Below, piece after piece: positions 17,249 through 26,369 of a stretch of 29,655 bases of DNA. This DNA is from a virus (lineage: Duplodnaviria > Caudoviricetes), in the IMG/VR virus record IMGVR_UViG_3300007541_000126, positions 1-29,655 of that record; one strand, given 5' to 3'. Position numbers and translations under genes: made by a program. The notes below the pieces were generated by a model, which saw only the letters and a list, made by a program, of their open reading frames with translations, was not told the origin of the DNA and searched no databases. Position 1 is the first letter of the stretch. Every line of letters starts with the position of its first letter.

Positions 17249-17592
17249 TGTCATACGCAAAAGGTAAATACTCACAATCCATATCTGATAGATCAGGACA
17301 AGCTTTTCCATATAGAGAAATGGTAAAAGAATGGAATGGTTCGTGGGTCCATATTTCTGAATTTGAGGCTAAACATCCTCAACTAGATCCTAAATACCAT
17401 AGAGCAGATCCAGTTGCATTATGGAATGCTAGACCTCAAGATTCATCTCCTACTATTGTTGATTTGGATCCTTACTATTGGGATGGACAATTTACATCTA
17501 ATGGAATGATGCCTAGTATAGATCCATTAACAGAAAATAATAAAAGACAAGTAGGAACAAGATTAGGAAAGGTAACAATTGTAATATCATAA
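17248..17592 (+). CDS. conserved hypothetical protein
   Basis: ISDRSG..FPY..M..EWNG...EFEAKHPQL; TAATG coupling. Confidence 0.8.
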   Translation: MSYAKGKYSQSISDRSGQAFPYREMVKEWNGSWVHISEFEAKHPQLDPKYHRADPVALWNARPQDSSPTIVDLDPYYWDGQFTSNGMMPSIDPLTENNKRQVGTRLGKVTIVIS

Positions 17593-17596
17593 TATC

Positions 17597-18250
17597 ATGA
17601 CATACGCTGAATTAGTACAAAAAATTAGAGATTATACAGAAGTAGATAGTAATGTTTTAACTGCTACTATTATAGATGGTTTTATTAGAGATTCTGAATT
17701 TAGAATATTTAGAGAAGTAGATGCTGATTATGCAAGAGATTATGCAACTTCTACTTTTACTTCTGGTAATCGTTATGTATTATTACCAACAGATACTATT
17801 ATTATAAGATCTGTAGAAGTTATTGATGGAAGTACAAGGTCATTTTTAGATAAAAGAGACACTAGTTTTATTTCTGAATATAATAGCGGAGGAGCTTCGG
17901 GTCTTCCAAAATACTATGCTAATTGGGATGATGACAACATTGTAGTTGCTCCAACTCCTGCTAGTAACTACACTATTCAGTTAAATTACATATCTACACC
18001 TCCAGCATTAAGTTCGTCTAATACGCAAACTGAGCTTTCAAAACAAGCTCCAGAACTTTTATTATATGCTTGTTTAGTAGAAGCCTATGGTTATTTAAAA
18101 GGACCAGCAGATATGTACAACCTCTATCAAAATAGGTATAATGAAGCAATACAATCTTATGCTTTAGAACAAATGGGCAGAAGACGTAGAGACGAGTATA
18201 CGGATGGTGTTCCAAGAATTAAAGTTCCTAGTCCATCACCTAATACTTAA
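17597..18250 (+). CDS. second adaptor-like virion protein
   Basis: MTYAELVQKIRDYTE, GLPKYYA, VAPTP, LLLYACLVEAYGYLK. Confidence 0.75.
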   Translation: MTYAELVQKIRDYTEVDSNVLTATIIDGFIRDSEFRIFREVDADYARDYATSTFTSGNRYVLLPTDTIIIRSVEVIDGSTRSFLDKRDTSFISEYNSGGASGLPKYYANWDDDNIVVAPTPASNYTIQLNYISTPPALSSSNTQTELSKQAPELLLYACLVEAYGYLKGPADMYNLYQNRYNEAIQSYALEQMGRRRRDEYTDGVPRIKVPSPSPNT

Positions 18251-18275
18251 AATTAAAATTTAAGGAGAATTTTTT

Positions 18276-18704
18276 ATGGCAATAGCACAAGCAGTATGTA
18301 ATTCATTTAAAAAAGAATTATTAGACGGTGTTCATGACCTTGATACAGGTGGGGATACTTTTAAACTAGCATTATATAAATCAACAGCAGTATTAAGTGC
18401 AGCAACAACTTCATACACCACAGGTAATGAAGTATCACCTTCTGGACAATATGCAGCTGGTGGTGGAGTATTACGATCTCAACAAACCTCGGTCGCATCG
18501 GGTGTTGCAATAGCAACATTTGCAAACTTGTCTTTTACTGGCGTTACTTTGACAGCTAGAGGTGCTTTAATTTATAACTCAACTGATGCAAGTAAAGCAG
18601 TTTGTGTTTTAGATTTTGGTGGAGACAAAACAGCAACAGCAGGAACTTTTACTATTCAGTTCCCAGCATTCACAACAGCTGCAGCGATCTTAAGAATCAG
18701 TTAA
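18276..18704 (+). CDS. tail-associated structural protein
   Basis: FKLALY, ARGALIYN, VLDFGGDKTATAGTFTIQFP; AAGGAG SD. Confidence 0.7.
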   Translation: MAIAQAVCNSFKKELLDGVHDLDTGGDTFKLALYKSTAVLSAATTSYTTGNEVSPSGQYAAGGGVLRSQQTSVASGVAIATFANLSFTGVTLTARGALIYNSTDASKAVCVLDFGGDKTATAGTFTIQFPAFTTAAAILRIS

Positions 18705-18715
18705 GGAGTTAACGC

Positions 18716-19657
18716 ATGACTGCGTCTCCTTGGGGATCCAATAAGTGGGGTGAACAAGCCTGGGGAGATAACGGGATAGTTGTATCTATTTCGGATGCTT
18801 ACGGAGATGGTGCGTGGGGAGAATTTGCTTGGGGTGACGGTAATGCTCTTAACACTATTACCTCACAATTAAATTCTGTTACTGCAACTATCAGTGTACA
18901 ATCAAACGTAACTGGAGAATCTTTAACTACTACCACTAATACAGTTAGTATTACGGCAGGTGCTTCGGTTAATTTAAGTGCCTTAACTATTTTACAAACT
19001 TCAATAGGTGATGAATTACCAAAATCAGACGTAAGTGTTACTGCAGATAGTCTAGTTACAACTACCAATGTGGATTCTGTATCCATTACTGCAGATGGAA
19101 ATGTTAGTGAAAATTTAGTTGGTGAAGTATTACTTAATACAACTACTAATACAGTAAGTATTGAAATAGCTGTTGGACCAATTATAGTTCAACCTCAAAC
19201 ATTATCATTAAGTCTTGGTAATGAGATTGCTTATACAGATGTTAACATTGCAACTAGTGGTGAAAATTTAACAACAACCACTAATACCGTAAGTATTGAT
19301 TTAAATACACCTGTAAATTTAACTGGAGAGTTATTAAATACAACTACTAATACAGTATCTATAGCGGCAGATGCAAATACAGGCACTTTAACAGGTCTTC
19401 TAATAACCTCTACTGTAGCTTCTGTAGACGCGGTATCTGTGGCAGAGGTAACAGGTCAAGCATTAACAATTACAACAAATACTGTTACAATTACAGCTAA
19501 TGCGATTGTTATCCCAACAGGTTTAAATATTACTAGTACGACAGGTAATGAGAAGATTGTAACTTGGTCAAAAGTAATACCTGGAGCCAATAATACATGG
19601 ACAGCAATAAATACTAGTGTCTCAAATACTTGGGTACGCGTTGACACTGCAGCATAA
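18716..19657 (+). CDS. Thr/Val-rich repetitive fibre-like virion protein
   Basis: N-terminal WGxxxWG repeats, about five GExLxTTTNTVSI-like units, C-terminal W repeats. Confidence 0.75.
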   Translation: MTASPWGSNKWGEQAWGDNGIVVSISDAYGDGAWGEFAWGDGNALNTITSQLNSVTATISVQSNVTGESLTTTTNTVSITAGASVNLSALTILQTSIGDELPKSDVSVTADSLVTTTNVDSVSITADGNVSENLVGEVLLNTTTNTVSIEIAVGPIIVQPQTLSLSLGNEIAYTDVNIATSGENLTTTTNTVSIDLNTPVNLTGELLNTTTNTVSIAADANTGTLTGLLITSTVASVDAVSVAEVTGQALTITTNTVTITANAIVIPTGLNITSTTGNEKIVTWSKVIPGANNTWTAINTSVSNTWVRVDTAA

Positions 19658-19669
19658 AAAATTTAAAAT
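19641..19669 (+). promoter_or_regulatory. near-consensus sigma70 promoter
   Basis: TTGACA (19641) - 17 nt - TAAAAT (19664). Confidence 0.7.
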
Positions 19670-19680
19670 AGGAGATAATT

Positions 19681-20526
19681 ATGGCATCTACATATACAGA
19701 TTTAGGTTTAGAATTAATGGTCACAGGGGAAAACTCTGGGACTTGGGGTGATAAAACAAACACCAATTTACAATTAATACAACAAGGTTTTGCAGGATAT
19801 CAAGAAGTATCTATTGCTGGTGGAGCACAAACTACAGCTCTTGCAGTAACAGATGGTACTTTGTCTAATGGTAGAAATGCAATTATAAAATTTACAGGAA
19901 CTATTACAGGAAATCAAATTGTAACGATTCCAGATTCAATTGAAAAAATTTATGTTCTTGAAAACGGAACCACTGGTTCTTTTACAGTACAGGTAAAAAC
20001 AGTTTCTGGAACAGGTGTAACTTTTTCTGCAACCGATAAAGGACAAAAATTTGTTTATTCAAACGGTACAAATATTATTGATATTGCATTAGCATCCCCT
20101 CCAGGTGGATCTGATAAACAAATTCAATTTAATGATAATGGTTCTTTTGGTGGAATCACTATGGGTACTGCTGGACAAGTATTAACAACTGATGGAACTA
20201 CTGCATCCTTTGGAGATATTTCAGGTGGAGCATCTTGGCAAGCAGTTATCACTGCAGATCCAGCAAACGCGGTCGCAGGCAATGGATATTTTTGTAATAC
20301 AACAGGCGGAGCATTTACCGTTACACTTCCAACAACTGCAACAATAGGAGATTTTATTTCAATCATTGATTATGCAGGAACATTTGATACTAACAATTTA
20401 ACTATTGGTAGAAATGGACACAACATTCAAGGATCAGCATCTGATTTAACAGTTGCAGTTGAAAGAGCTGGTTTTACTTTAGTATATGTAGATTCAACAC
20501 AAGGCTGGTTGCTCCAGAATAAATAA
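19681..20526 (+). CDS. tail fibre anchor/adapter with a C-terminal T4 gp9/gp10-like branching domain
   Basis: LELMVTGENSGTWGDKTNTNL N-terminus; GQVLTTDG fibre motif; NTTGGAFTVTLP...GD.I.IID..GTF..NNLTI...LVY...GW. Confidence 0.65.
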   Translation: MASTYTDLGLELMVTGENSGTWGDKTNTNLQLIQQGFAGYQEVSIAGGAQTTALAVTDGTLSNGRNAIIKFTGTITGNQIVTIPDSIEKIYVLENGTTGSFTVQVKTVSGTGVTFSATDKGQKFVYSNGTNIIDIALASPPGGSDKQIQFNDNGSFGGITMGTAGQVLTTDGTTASFGDISGGASWQAVITADPANAVAGNGYFCNTTGGAFTVTLPTTATIGDFISIIDYAGTFDTNNLTIGRNGHNIQGSASDLTVAVERAGFTLVYVDSTQGWLLQNK

Positions 20527-20528
20527 CT

Positions 20529-22376
20529 ATGACTACTTATAAAGGTATTCAAGGAACAGCAATTCAAAACTATGCTGGGGATCCTCCTAATCCAGTTTTA
20601 GGTCAAGTTTGGTATAATTCTTCATTAGGAAATTTTAAGTATTCAGCAAATCCAGTTTTTGGAGCGTGGACTTCGGGTGCTAATTTAAATACGGCTAGAA
20701 AAACTTTGGGAGGTACAGGAGCTTCTAATACATCTGCTTTAGCTTTTGGTGGATCTGATGATCCAGGTACATTTTATGCAAATACAGAATCTTATAATGG
20801 ATCAGCTTGGACAGAAGTAAATGATTTAAGTGCTGCTAAGCAAAATATGGGATCAGCAGGAATACAAACTGCAACATTAAGTTTTGGTGGTCAAATAAGT
20901 CCAGGAGCTGCAACTCAAACAGCTGAAACAGAATCTTGGAATGGAACAAGTTGGACAGAAGTAAATGATTTAAATACAGCAGGTGGACAAGGGGGTTCAG
21001 CAGGTATTCAAACATCCGCTATATTTGCTGGAAGAAATACATTTCCTGGACCTGTTGTAGGGAACACCGAAAGTTGGAATGGAACTTCTTGGAGTGAGAT
21101 AGCAGATATAAATACAGTTAGGAGATTAAGTGCTGGTGCTGGGGCTAATAATACTTCAGTAATTGTTTTTGGAGGTGGACCTCCTAGTATTGCGAACACT
21201 GAATCTTGGAATGGAACAAGTTGGACAGAATTAAATGATTTAAATACAGCTAGGCGTGGTTTAGGAGGATCAGGAATCCAAACTGCGGCTTTAGCATTTG
21301 GTGGATATGTAACAACAGCAAATACAGGTGCAACAGAAATTTGGAATGGAACTATTTGGACGGAAACTAATGATTTAAATACAGCTAGATTTATATTAGC
21401 AGGAGATGGAAGTAACACTTCCTCCTTAGCTTTTGGTGGAGAAAGTCCAACAATTCAAACAGGCGCAACCGAAGAATGGAATTTAGGAGCAGCAGCATTT
21501 GGTTCTTGGTCTACAAGCTCAGATTTAAGCATATCAAATGTTAATCTGATGGGTGCAGGGACTCAAACCGCTGCTTTAGCATTTGGTGGAAATGATGATA
21601 AAACATTAACAGAGTTATATAATGGTACTAGTTGGACTACTAATCCAACTGGTTTAAATACAGGAAGAAGTTCAGCTGGAGGAACGGGAACTCAGACATC
21701 TGCCATAGCTTGCGGAGGTTGGTTAAATAATCCTACTCCTCCTAATATTGCTACAGGTGCAACTGAAACTTGGAATGGAACTAATTGGACAAGTGTATCT
21801 AGTATGAATACGGCAAAACAAATTACAACAGCGGCTGGTTCAGACAGTACTGCAGCATTATGTTTTTTAGGAAGACTTCAACCTCCATCTACAGATACAG
21901 CTACAGCAGAAACAGAATCTTGGAATGGATCCGCTTGGACTATTGTTAATTCATTAAATAATGCCAGATGGGCTGGATCTGGAATAGGAAGTCAACCTGC
22001 TGCTATTGCAGTGGGAGGATACAGTACCGCTGCAGCTAATTTTGTTGGTTATACAGAATCTTGGAATGGAACAAGCTGGACAGAAGTAAATGATTTAAAT
22101 ACTGCTAGAGGAAATGCAGGAGCTAAAGGAACTCAAACAGCTGCGGTATGTTTCGGTGGGCAAAATAGTTCGTTTATAATAGGCGGTTACACAGAAACTT
22201 GGAACGGTGTTGCTTGGTCTAATCAAGATAGTATGAATAATGGTAGAGAAGGATCGGGAGCAGCTGGTCTTCAAACAGCCGCTTTAGCTTTTGGTGGTTC
22301 TTATGCACAAAGGGGTGCTGCAACTGAAGAATGGACAATTAACTCAGTTACAGATAAAACAATAACAATAAGTTAA
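20529..22376 (+). CDS. double Kelch-like beta-propeller protein 1, putative receptor-binding protein
   Basis: N-terminal DPPNPVLGQVWYN, then 12 repeats LNTAR...ALAFGG...TESWNGTSW counted by hand. Confidence 0.85.
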   Translation: MTTYKGIQGTAIQNYAGDPPNPVLGQVWYNSSLGNFKYSANPVFGAWTSGANLNTARKTLGGTGASNTSALAFGGSDDPGTFYANTESYNGSAWTEVNDLSAAKQNMGSAGIQTATLSFGGQISPGAATQTAETESWNGTSWTEVNDLNTAGGQGGSAGIQTSAIFAGRNTFPGPVVGNTESWNGTSWSEIADINTVRRLSAGAGANNTSVIVFGGGPPSIANTESWNGTSWTELNDLNTARRGLGGSGIQTAALAFGGYVTTANTGATEIWNGTIWTETNDLNTARFILAGDGSNTSSLAFGGESPTIQTGATEEWNLGAAAFGSWSTSSDLSISNVNLMGAGTQTAALAFGGNDDKTLTELYNGTSWTTNPTGLNTGRSSAGGTGTQTSAIACGGWLNNPTPPNIATGATETWNGTNWTSVSSMNTAKQITTAAGSDSTAALCFLGRLQPPSTDTATAETESWNGSAWTIVNSLNNARWAGSGIGSQPAAIAVGGYSTAAANFVGYTESWNGTSWTEVNDLNTARGNAGAKGTQTAAVCFGGQNSSFIIGGYTETWNGVAWSNQDSMNNGREGSGAAGLQTAALAFGGSYAQRGAATEEWTINSVTDKTITIS

Positions 22377-22390
22377 CAAAGGAGAACAAT

Positions 22391-22708
22391 ATGGCAAAAA
22401 CATATCAATATTGCGTAGCTGAAAACTGGGGAAAGGGGTTTATAGATCACAGAGAATCATCTAGAATCACTTTTAAAAGTTTTCCTGGTAATGTTTGGCA
22501 AGTTCCTGCATACAATAAACACGCGAATCTTTGGATTCAAAAAGTGTTAGGAACTCCAAAAACTAGAGATGAAGCTCAAGCAATAGTTACTGCTGTCATA
22601 ACAGAAGCTCAATCTACTTGGGATGCTAATAATGTTGCAGGCGAAACAGCTGAAGACAAAGCACTAAGAATTGGACAGAGACCTGTATTAGTGACATTAG
22701 AAGACTAA
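22391..22708 (+). CDS. 105-aa hypothetical protein within the propeller cluster
   Basis: AAGGAG SD; non-repetitive sequence. Confidence 0.8.
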   Translation: MAKTYQYCVAENWGKGFIDHRESSRITFKSFPGNVWQVPAYNKHANLWIQKVLGTPKTRDEAQAIVTAVITEAQSTWDANNVAGETAEDKALRIGQRPVLVTLED

Positions 22709-22733
22709 AAACGAAGGAGTATATAAATTGTAG

Positions 22734-24530
22734 ATGACTAATTATGTAGGCATCAATGGTGGTAAAGTACAAAACTTTGACTCGGATCCAAGCAATCCGT
22801 TCACAGGACAGGTGTGGTATAACACTACGTCAGGTGAATTGAAAGTCAGAGTAGCTCCTTTGTCAGGAGCGTGGTCTACTGGAGGAAGTTTAAATGCGGC
22901 TAGAGAACAATTAAGAGGAGCAGGAACACAAACAGCATCCTTAGCTTATGGTGGTTATACAGTAGGTAATACAGGTGCAACAGAATCTTATAATGGCTCT
23001 ACTTGGACAACTTCTCCAGCAAGTATGAATACCGCAAGAAGAGGTTTAGCTGGATGTGGAATAACAAATACAGCAGCTTTAGGTTTTGGTGGAAATCCAC
23101 TATCAGCTGTAACTGAATCTTGGAATGGTTCAACTTGGACAGAAGTAAATGATTTAAATACTGCAAGACTTAATCTTGCAGGAGTAGGATCACAATTAGC
23201 AGCTTTAGCTTTTGGAGGAAATACTCCAACTACAACAAATGCAACAGAATTTTGGAATGGTTCTTCTTGGAGTAGTGTAACTGGTATGAATACAGCAAGA
23301 GGTGTTTTTGATGCTGGAGCAGGTTTACAAGGATCAGCTTTAGCTTTTAGTGGTGAAACTCCACCAGCTACTGCAGCAACAGAATCTTGGAATGGTTCTT
23401 CTTGGACAACCTTATCTAGTATGAATACAGCAAGATGGTCTGCTGCTGGATGTGGATCACAAACAGCAGCTTTAGGTTTTGGTGGATATAATGGATCAAC
23501 AGTTGTTTCAAATACGGAACAATGGAATGGTTCTTCTTGGACAAATGAAAATAATTTAAATGTAGCTAGATTTGCTTTAACTGGTCAAGGAAACTCTACA
23601 AATGGTTTAGCATCTGGTGGTTATACAACAGCTGTAACAGGCGCAACCGAAGAATGGAATATTGTTGCAGGAGGAGGAGCATGGGCTACTGAAAATTCAA
23701 TAAATACGGCTAGAAGAAGTGGAATGGGTTTTGGAACACAAACATCTGCTTTACTTGCGGGAGGATTTAGCACAACAGAAACTGGAAACACAGAAACTTA
23801 TAATGGAACTGCTTGGGCAGAGGTCAACGATTTAAACACGGCAAGAAGTGCTGCAGCGAGATCAGGTTCAACAAATACTGCTGGAATTATTGCAGGTGGA
23901 CAGACATCACCATCCCCTCCTGCTTCCTATACAGCAAACACAGAATCTTGGAATGGTACTTCTTGGACTGAAGTAAATGACTTAAATACTGCAAGATCTG
24001 ATTTAGCTGGATCAGGAACTGAAACTGCAGGTTTAGCTATAGGTGGATTAGATATACCATTAAATTATGTTGCTTTAACAGAAAGTTGGAATGGTACTTC
24101 TTGGACGGAAGTGAATGACTTAAACCAAGCTAGATCTTTAACATACGGTGCGGGAATTCAAACTTCATCTTTGGCTTTTGGTGGAGAAAACGCTGGAAAT
24201 TTAGCAGTGACAGAATCTTGGAATGGAACCAGCTGGACAGAAGTAAATGATTTAAATTTAGCAAGAAGAGATCCTAGTGGTTTTGGAAGTTCTAACACAT
24301 CTGCTATAGCAGCAGGAGGTAATGCACCTTCTATTACTGCAGCAACAGAATCTTGGAATGGTTCTTCTTGGTCTAATGTTAATAGTTTAAATACCGCTAG
24401 AAGAGCAATGGGTGGAGCAGGAACACAAAATAGTGGTTTAGTATATGGTGGAAGTACACCAACTGTAACAGCAGCCACCGAAGCTTGGGATAGTCCTTAT
24501 TTAATTAATGAGGTAGTACAACCAGAATAA
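22734..24530 (+). CDS. double Kelch-like beta-propeller protein 2
   Basis: DPSNPFTGQVWYN, then 12 repeats. Confidence 0.85.
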   Translation: MTNYVGINGGKVQNFDSDPSNPFTGQVWYNTTSGELKVRVAPLSGAWSTGGSLNAAREQLRGAGTQTASLAYGGYTVGNTGATESYNGSTWTTSPASMNTARRGLAGCGITNTAALGFGGNPLSAVTESWNGSTWTEVNDLNTARLNLAGVGSQLAALAFGGNTPTTTNATEFWNGSSWSSVTGMNTARGVFDAGAGLQGSALAFSGETPPATAATESWNGSSWTTLSSMNTARWSAAGCGSQTAALGFGGYNGSTVVSNTEQWNGSSWTNENNLNVARFALTGQGNSTNGLASGGYTTAVTGATEEWNIVAGGGAWATENSINTARRSGMGFGTQTSALLAGGFSTTETGNTETYNGTAWAEVNDLNTARSAAARSGSTNTAGIIAGGQTSPSPPASYTANTESWNGTSWTEVNDLNTARSDLAGSGTETAGLAIGGLDIPLNYVALTESWNGTSWTEVNDLNQARSLTYGAGIQTSSLAFGGENAGNLAVTESWNGTSWTEVNDLNLARRDPSGFGSSNTSAIAAGGNAPSITAATESWNGSSWSNVNSLNTARRAMGGAGTQNSGLVYGGSTPTVTAATEAWDSPYLINEVVQPE

Positions 24531-24534
24531 TATT

Positions 24535-26295
24535 ATGACAACATTTAAAGAAATATACGGAACTAATATTGAAGTGTTATCTTCAGATCCAACTAATCCC
24601 ATTGAAGGCCAGATGTGGTATAACACAACAGAGTCCACTTTAAAAGGTTCCTCTGCCAATATTAATGGGGCGTGGTCTACTGGAGGAAATTTAAATACAG
24701 CTAGATTTTCTTTCACAGGAGCAGGTACTCAAACTGCTGGTTTAGCTTTTGGTGGATTTAGCACTACTTCTACAGGAGTAACTGAATCTTATAATGGAAC
24801 AAGTTGGACAGAAGTTAATGATTTAAATACTGCTAGACAAGGATTAGGAGGAACAGGAACTCAAACGGCAGCTTTAGCATTTGGTGGAACACCACCTGTT
24901 ACAGGAGTAACTGAAACTTGGAATGGAACAAGTTGGACAGAAGTAAATGATTTAAATGCTGGAAGATATGCTCTTGGAGGAGTTGGGACACAAGGTGCAG
25001 CTTTAGCTTTTGGAGGAGAACCTCCTACTACAGGAGCAACAGAATGGTGGAATGGTACTAGTTGGGCAGAAGTTAATGACTTAAACACAGCGAGATATTC
25101 TCTTGGATCTTCAGGGACACAAGGTGCAGCTTTAGCTATTACAGGAATAACAACAGTTAATGTAGCCAATACCGAATCTTGGAATGGTGCAAGTTGGACA
25201 GAAGTTAATGATGTTAATACAGCAAGAAGAGAACCAGGAAGTTTAGGAAGTCAAGTAAATGCATTAATTTTTGGAGGAAATGCACCACCTTTTACAGCAA
25301 AAACAGAATCTTGGAATGGAACTAGCTGGATAGAAGTAAATGATTTAAATATTACTAGAACTAGTTTAGCAGGAACAGGAACACAAACGGCAGGATTAGC
25401 TTTTGGTGGTGCAACCCCTTCCAGTATAAGCGCAACCGAAGAATGGGATTATGTAAGTATTGGTGCATGGTCTACTAGAGCACCTATGAATGTTGCTAGA
25501 AGTACTTTAGCAGCGGCCAATGCAGGAACGCAAAATGAAACTTTAGCTTTTGGAGGAAATACAGGATCTCAAACTGGTTCTACTGAATCTTATGATGGAA
25601 CTAGCTGGACAACGGTTAATTCAATGAATACAGCTAGATTACATTTAGGTGGAACAGGAGTACAAACTGCAGCGTTAGCTTTTGGTGGAGGACCTCTTCC
25701 TGCACAAGCATTAACTGAATCTTGGGGTGGAACTAGTTGGACAGAAGTGAATGATTTAAACACTGCAAGATTTCAGTTTGCAGGATGTGGTACACAAACT
25801 GCCTCTTTAGCATTTGGTGGATTTAGCACTACTACTACAGGAGTAACTGAATCTTGGGATGGAACTAGCTGGACAGAAGTAAATGATTTAAATACTGCTA
25901 AAAGATTAGTAGGTGGAGCAGGAACTCAAACAGCTGCTTTATGTGTTGCAGGACTTGATACAGCTGTAACTGCTCAAACAGAATCTTGGAATGGAACAAG
26001 CTGGACAGAAGTCAATGATTTAAACACTGCAAGATATTCTGCTTCAGGAATAGGAACTCAAACAGCAGCATTAGCAGCTAGCGGTTTTACTACAGGTCCT
26101 ACTGCTTACGTAGAATCTTGGAATGGAACAAGTTGGTCACAAGTAGATGAATTATTAACGGTAAATTCAGGAGTTGGTTCTTCAGGATCTAATACAGCTG
26201 CACTACTATTTGGTGGAGCTCCTTCTAATGTGACAGCAGCCACCGAAGCTTATGATTCACCTGATAGAATCATTGATATTATTGCTTCTTCGTAA
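24535..26295 (+). CDS. double Kelch-like beta-propeller protein 3
   Basis: DPTNPIEGQMWYN, then 12 repeats. Confidence 0.85.
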   Translation: MTTFKEIYGTNIEVLSSDPTNPIEGQMWYNTTESTLKGSSANINGAWSTGGNLNTARFSFTGAGTQTAGLAFGGFSTTSTGVTESYNGTSWTEVNDLNTARQGLGGTGTQTAALAFGGTPPVTGVTETWNGTSWTEVNDLNAGRYALGGVGTQGAALAFGGEPPTTGATEWWNGTSWAEVNDLNTARYSLGSSGTQGAALAITGITTVNVANTESWNGASWTEVNDVNTARREPGSLGSQVNALIFGGNAPPFTAKTESWNGTSWIEVNDLNITRTSLAGTGTQTAGLAFGGATPSSISATEEWDYVSIGAWSTRAPMNVARSTLAAANAGTQNETLAFGGNTGSQTGSTESYDGTSWTTVNSMNTARLHLGGTGVQTAALAFGGGPLPAQALTESWGGTSWTEVNDLNTARFQFAGCGTQTASLAFGGFSTTTTGVTESWDGTSWTEVNDLNTAKRLVGGAGTQTAALCVAGLDTAVTAQTESWNGTSWTEVNDLNTARYSASGIGTQTAALAASGFTTGPTAYVESWNGTSWSQVDELLTVNSGVGSSGSNTAALLFGGAPSNVTAATEAYDSPDRIIDIIASS

Positions 26296-26298
26296 AAC

Positions 26299-26326
26299 TT
26301 GCTTTAATTATAAAAATCTATATAAC
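26299..26326 (+). promoter_or_regulatory. possible sigma70-like promoter for the coiled-coil/oxygenase unit
   Basis: TTGCTT (26299) - 16 nt - TATAAC (26321) in a 74-nt AT-rich gap. Confidence 0.4.
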
Positions 26327-26369
26327 AAGACTTGTTAAATTAACAATAATTTTTATATAGAAAGTACTT

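Larger units (their letters stand above)
20660..26255 (+). repeat. 36 coding blade repeats (about 125-150 nt each) with a highly conserved core gaatcttggaatggaacaagttggacagaagtaaatgatttaaatac
   Basis: Near-identical cores at 20931, 21201, 22057, about 24915 and 25981. Confidence 0.9.

Noticed and set aside
20800-26150. N-G-T/S sequons in almost every blade, and the EVN motif resembling FIH Asn-hydroxylation sites
   Set aside because: WNG.SW is the structural Kelch turn; no oligosaccharyltransferase is present and none of the oxygenases looks JmjC-type, so coincidence is more likely
20529-26295. CRISPR array or diversity-generating retroelement suggested by constant repeats with variable spacers
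   Set aside because: Repeats are in-frame coding, degenerate and about 125-150 nt in period; no cas or reverse transcriptase gene; no adenine-specific template/variable pair seen
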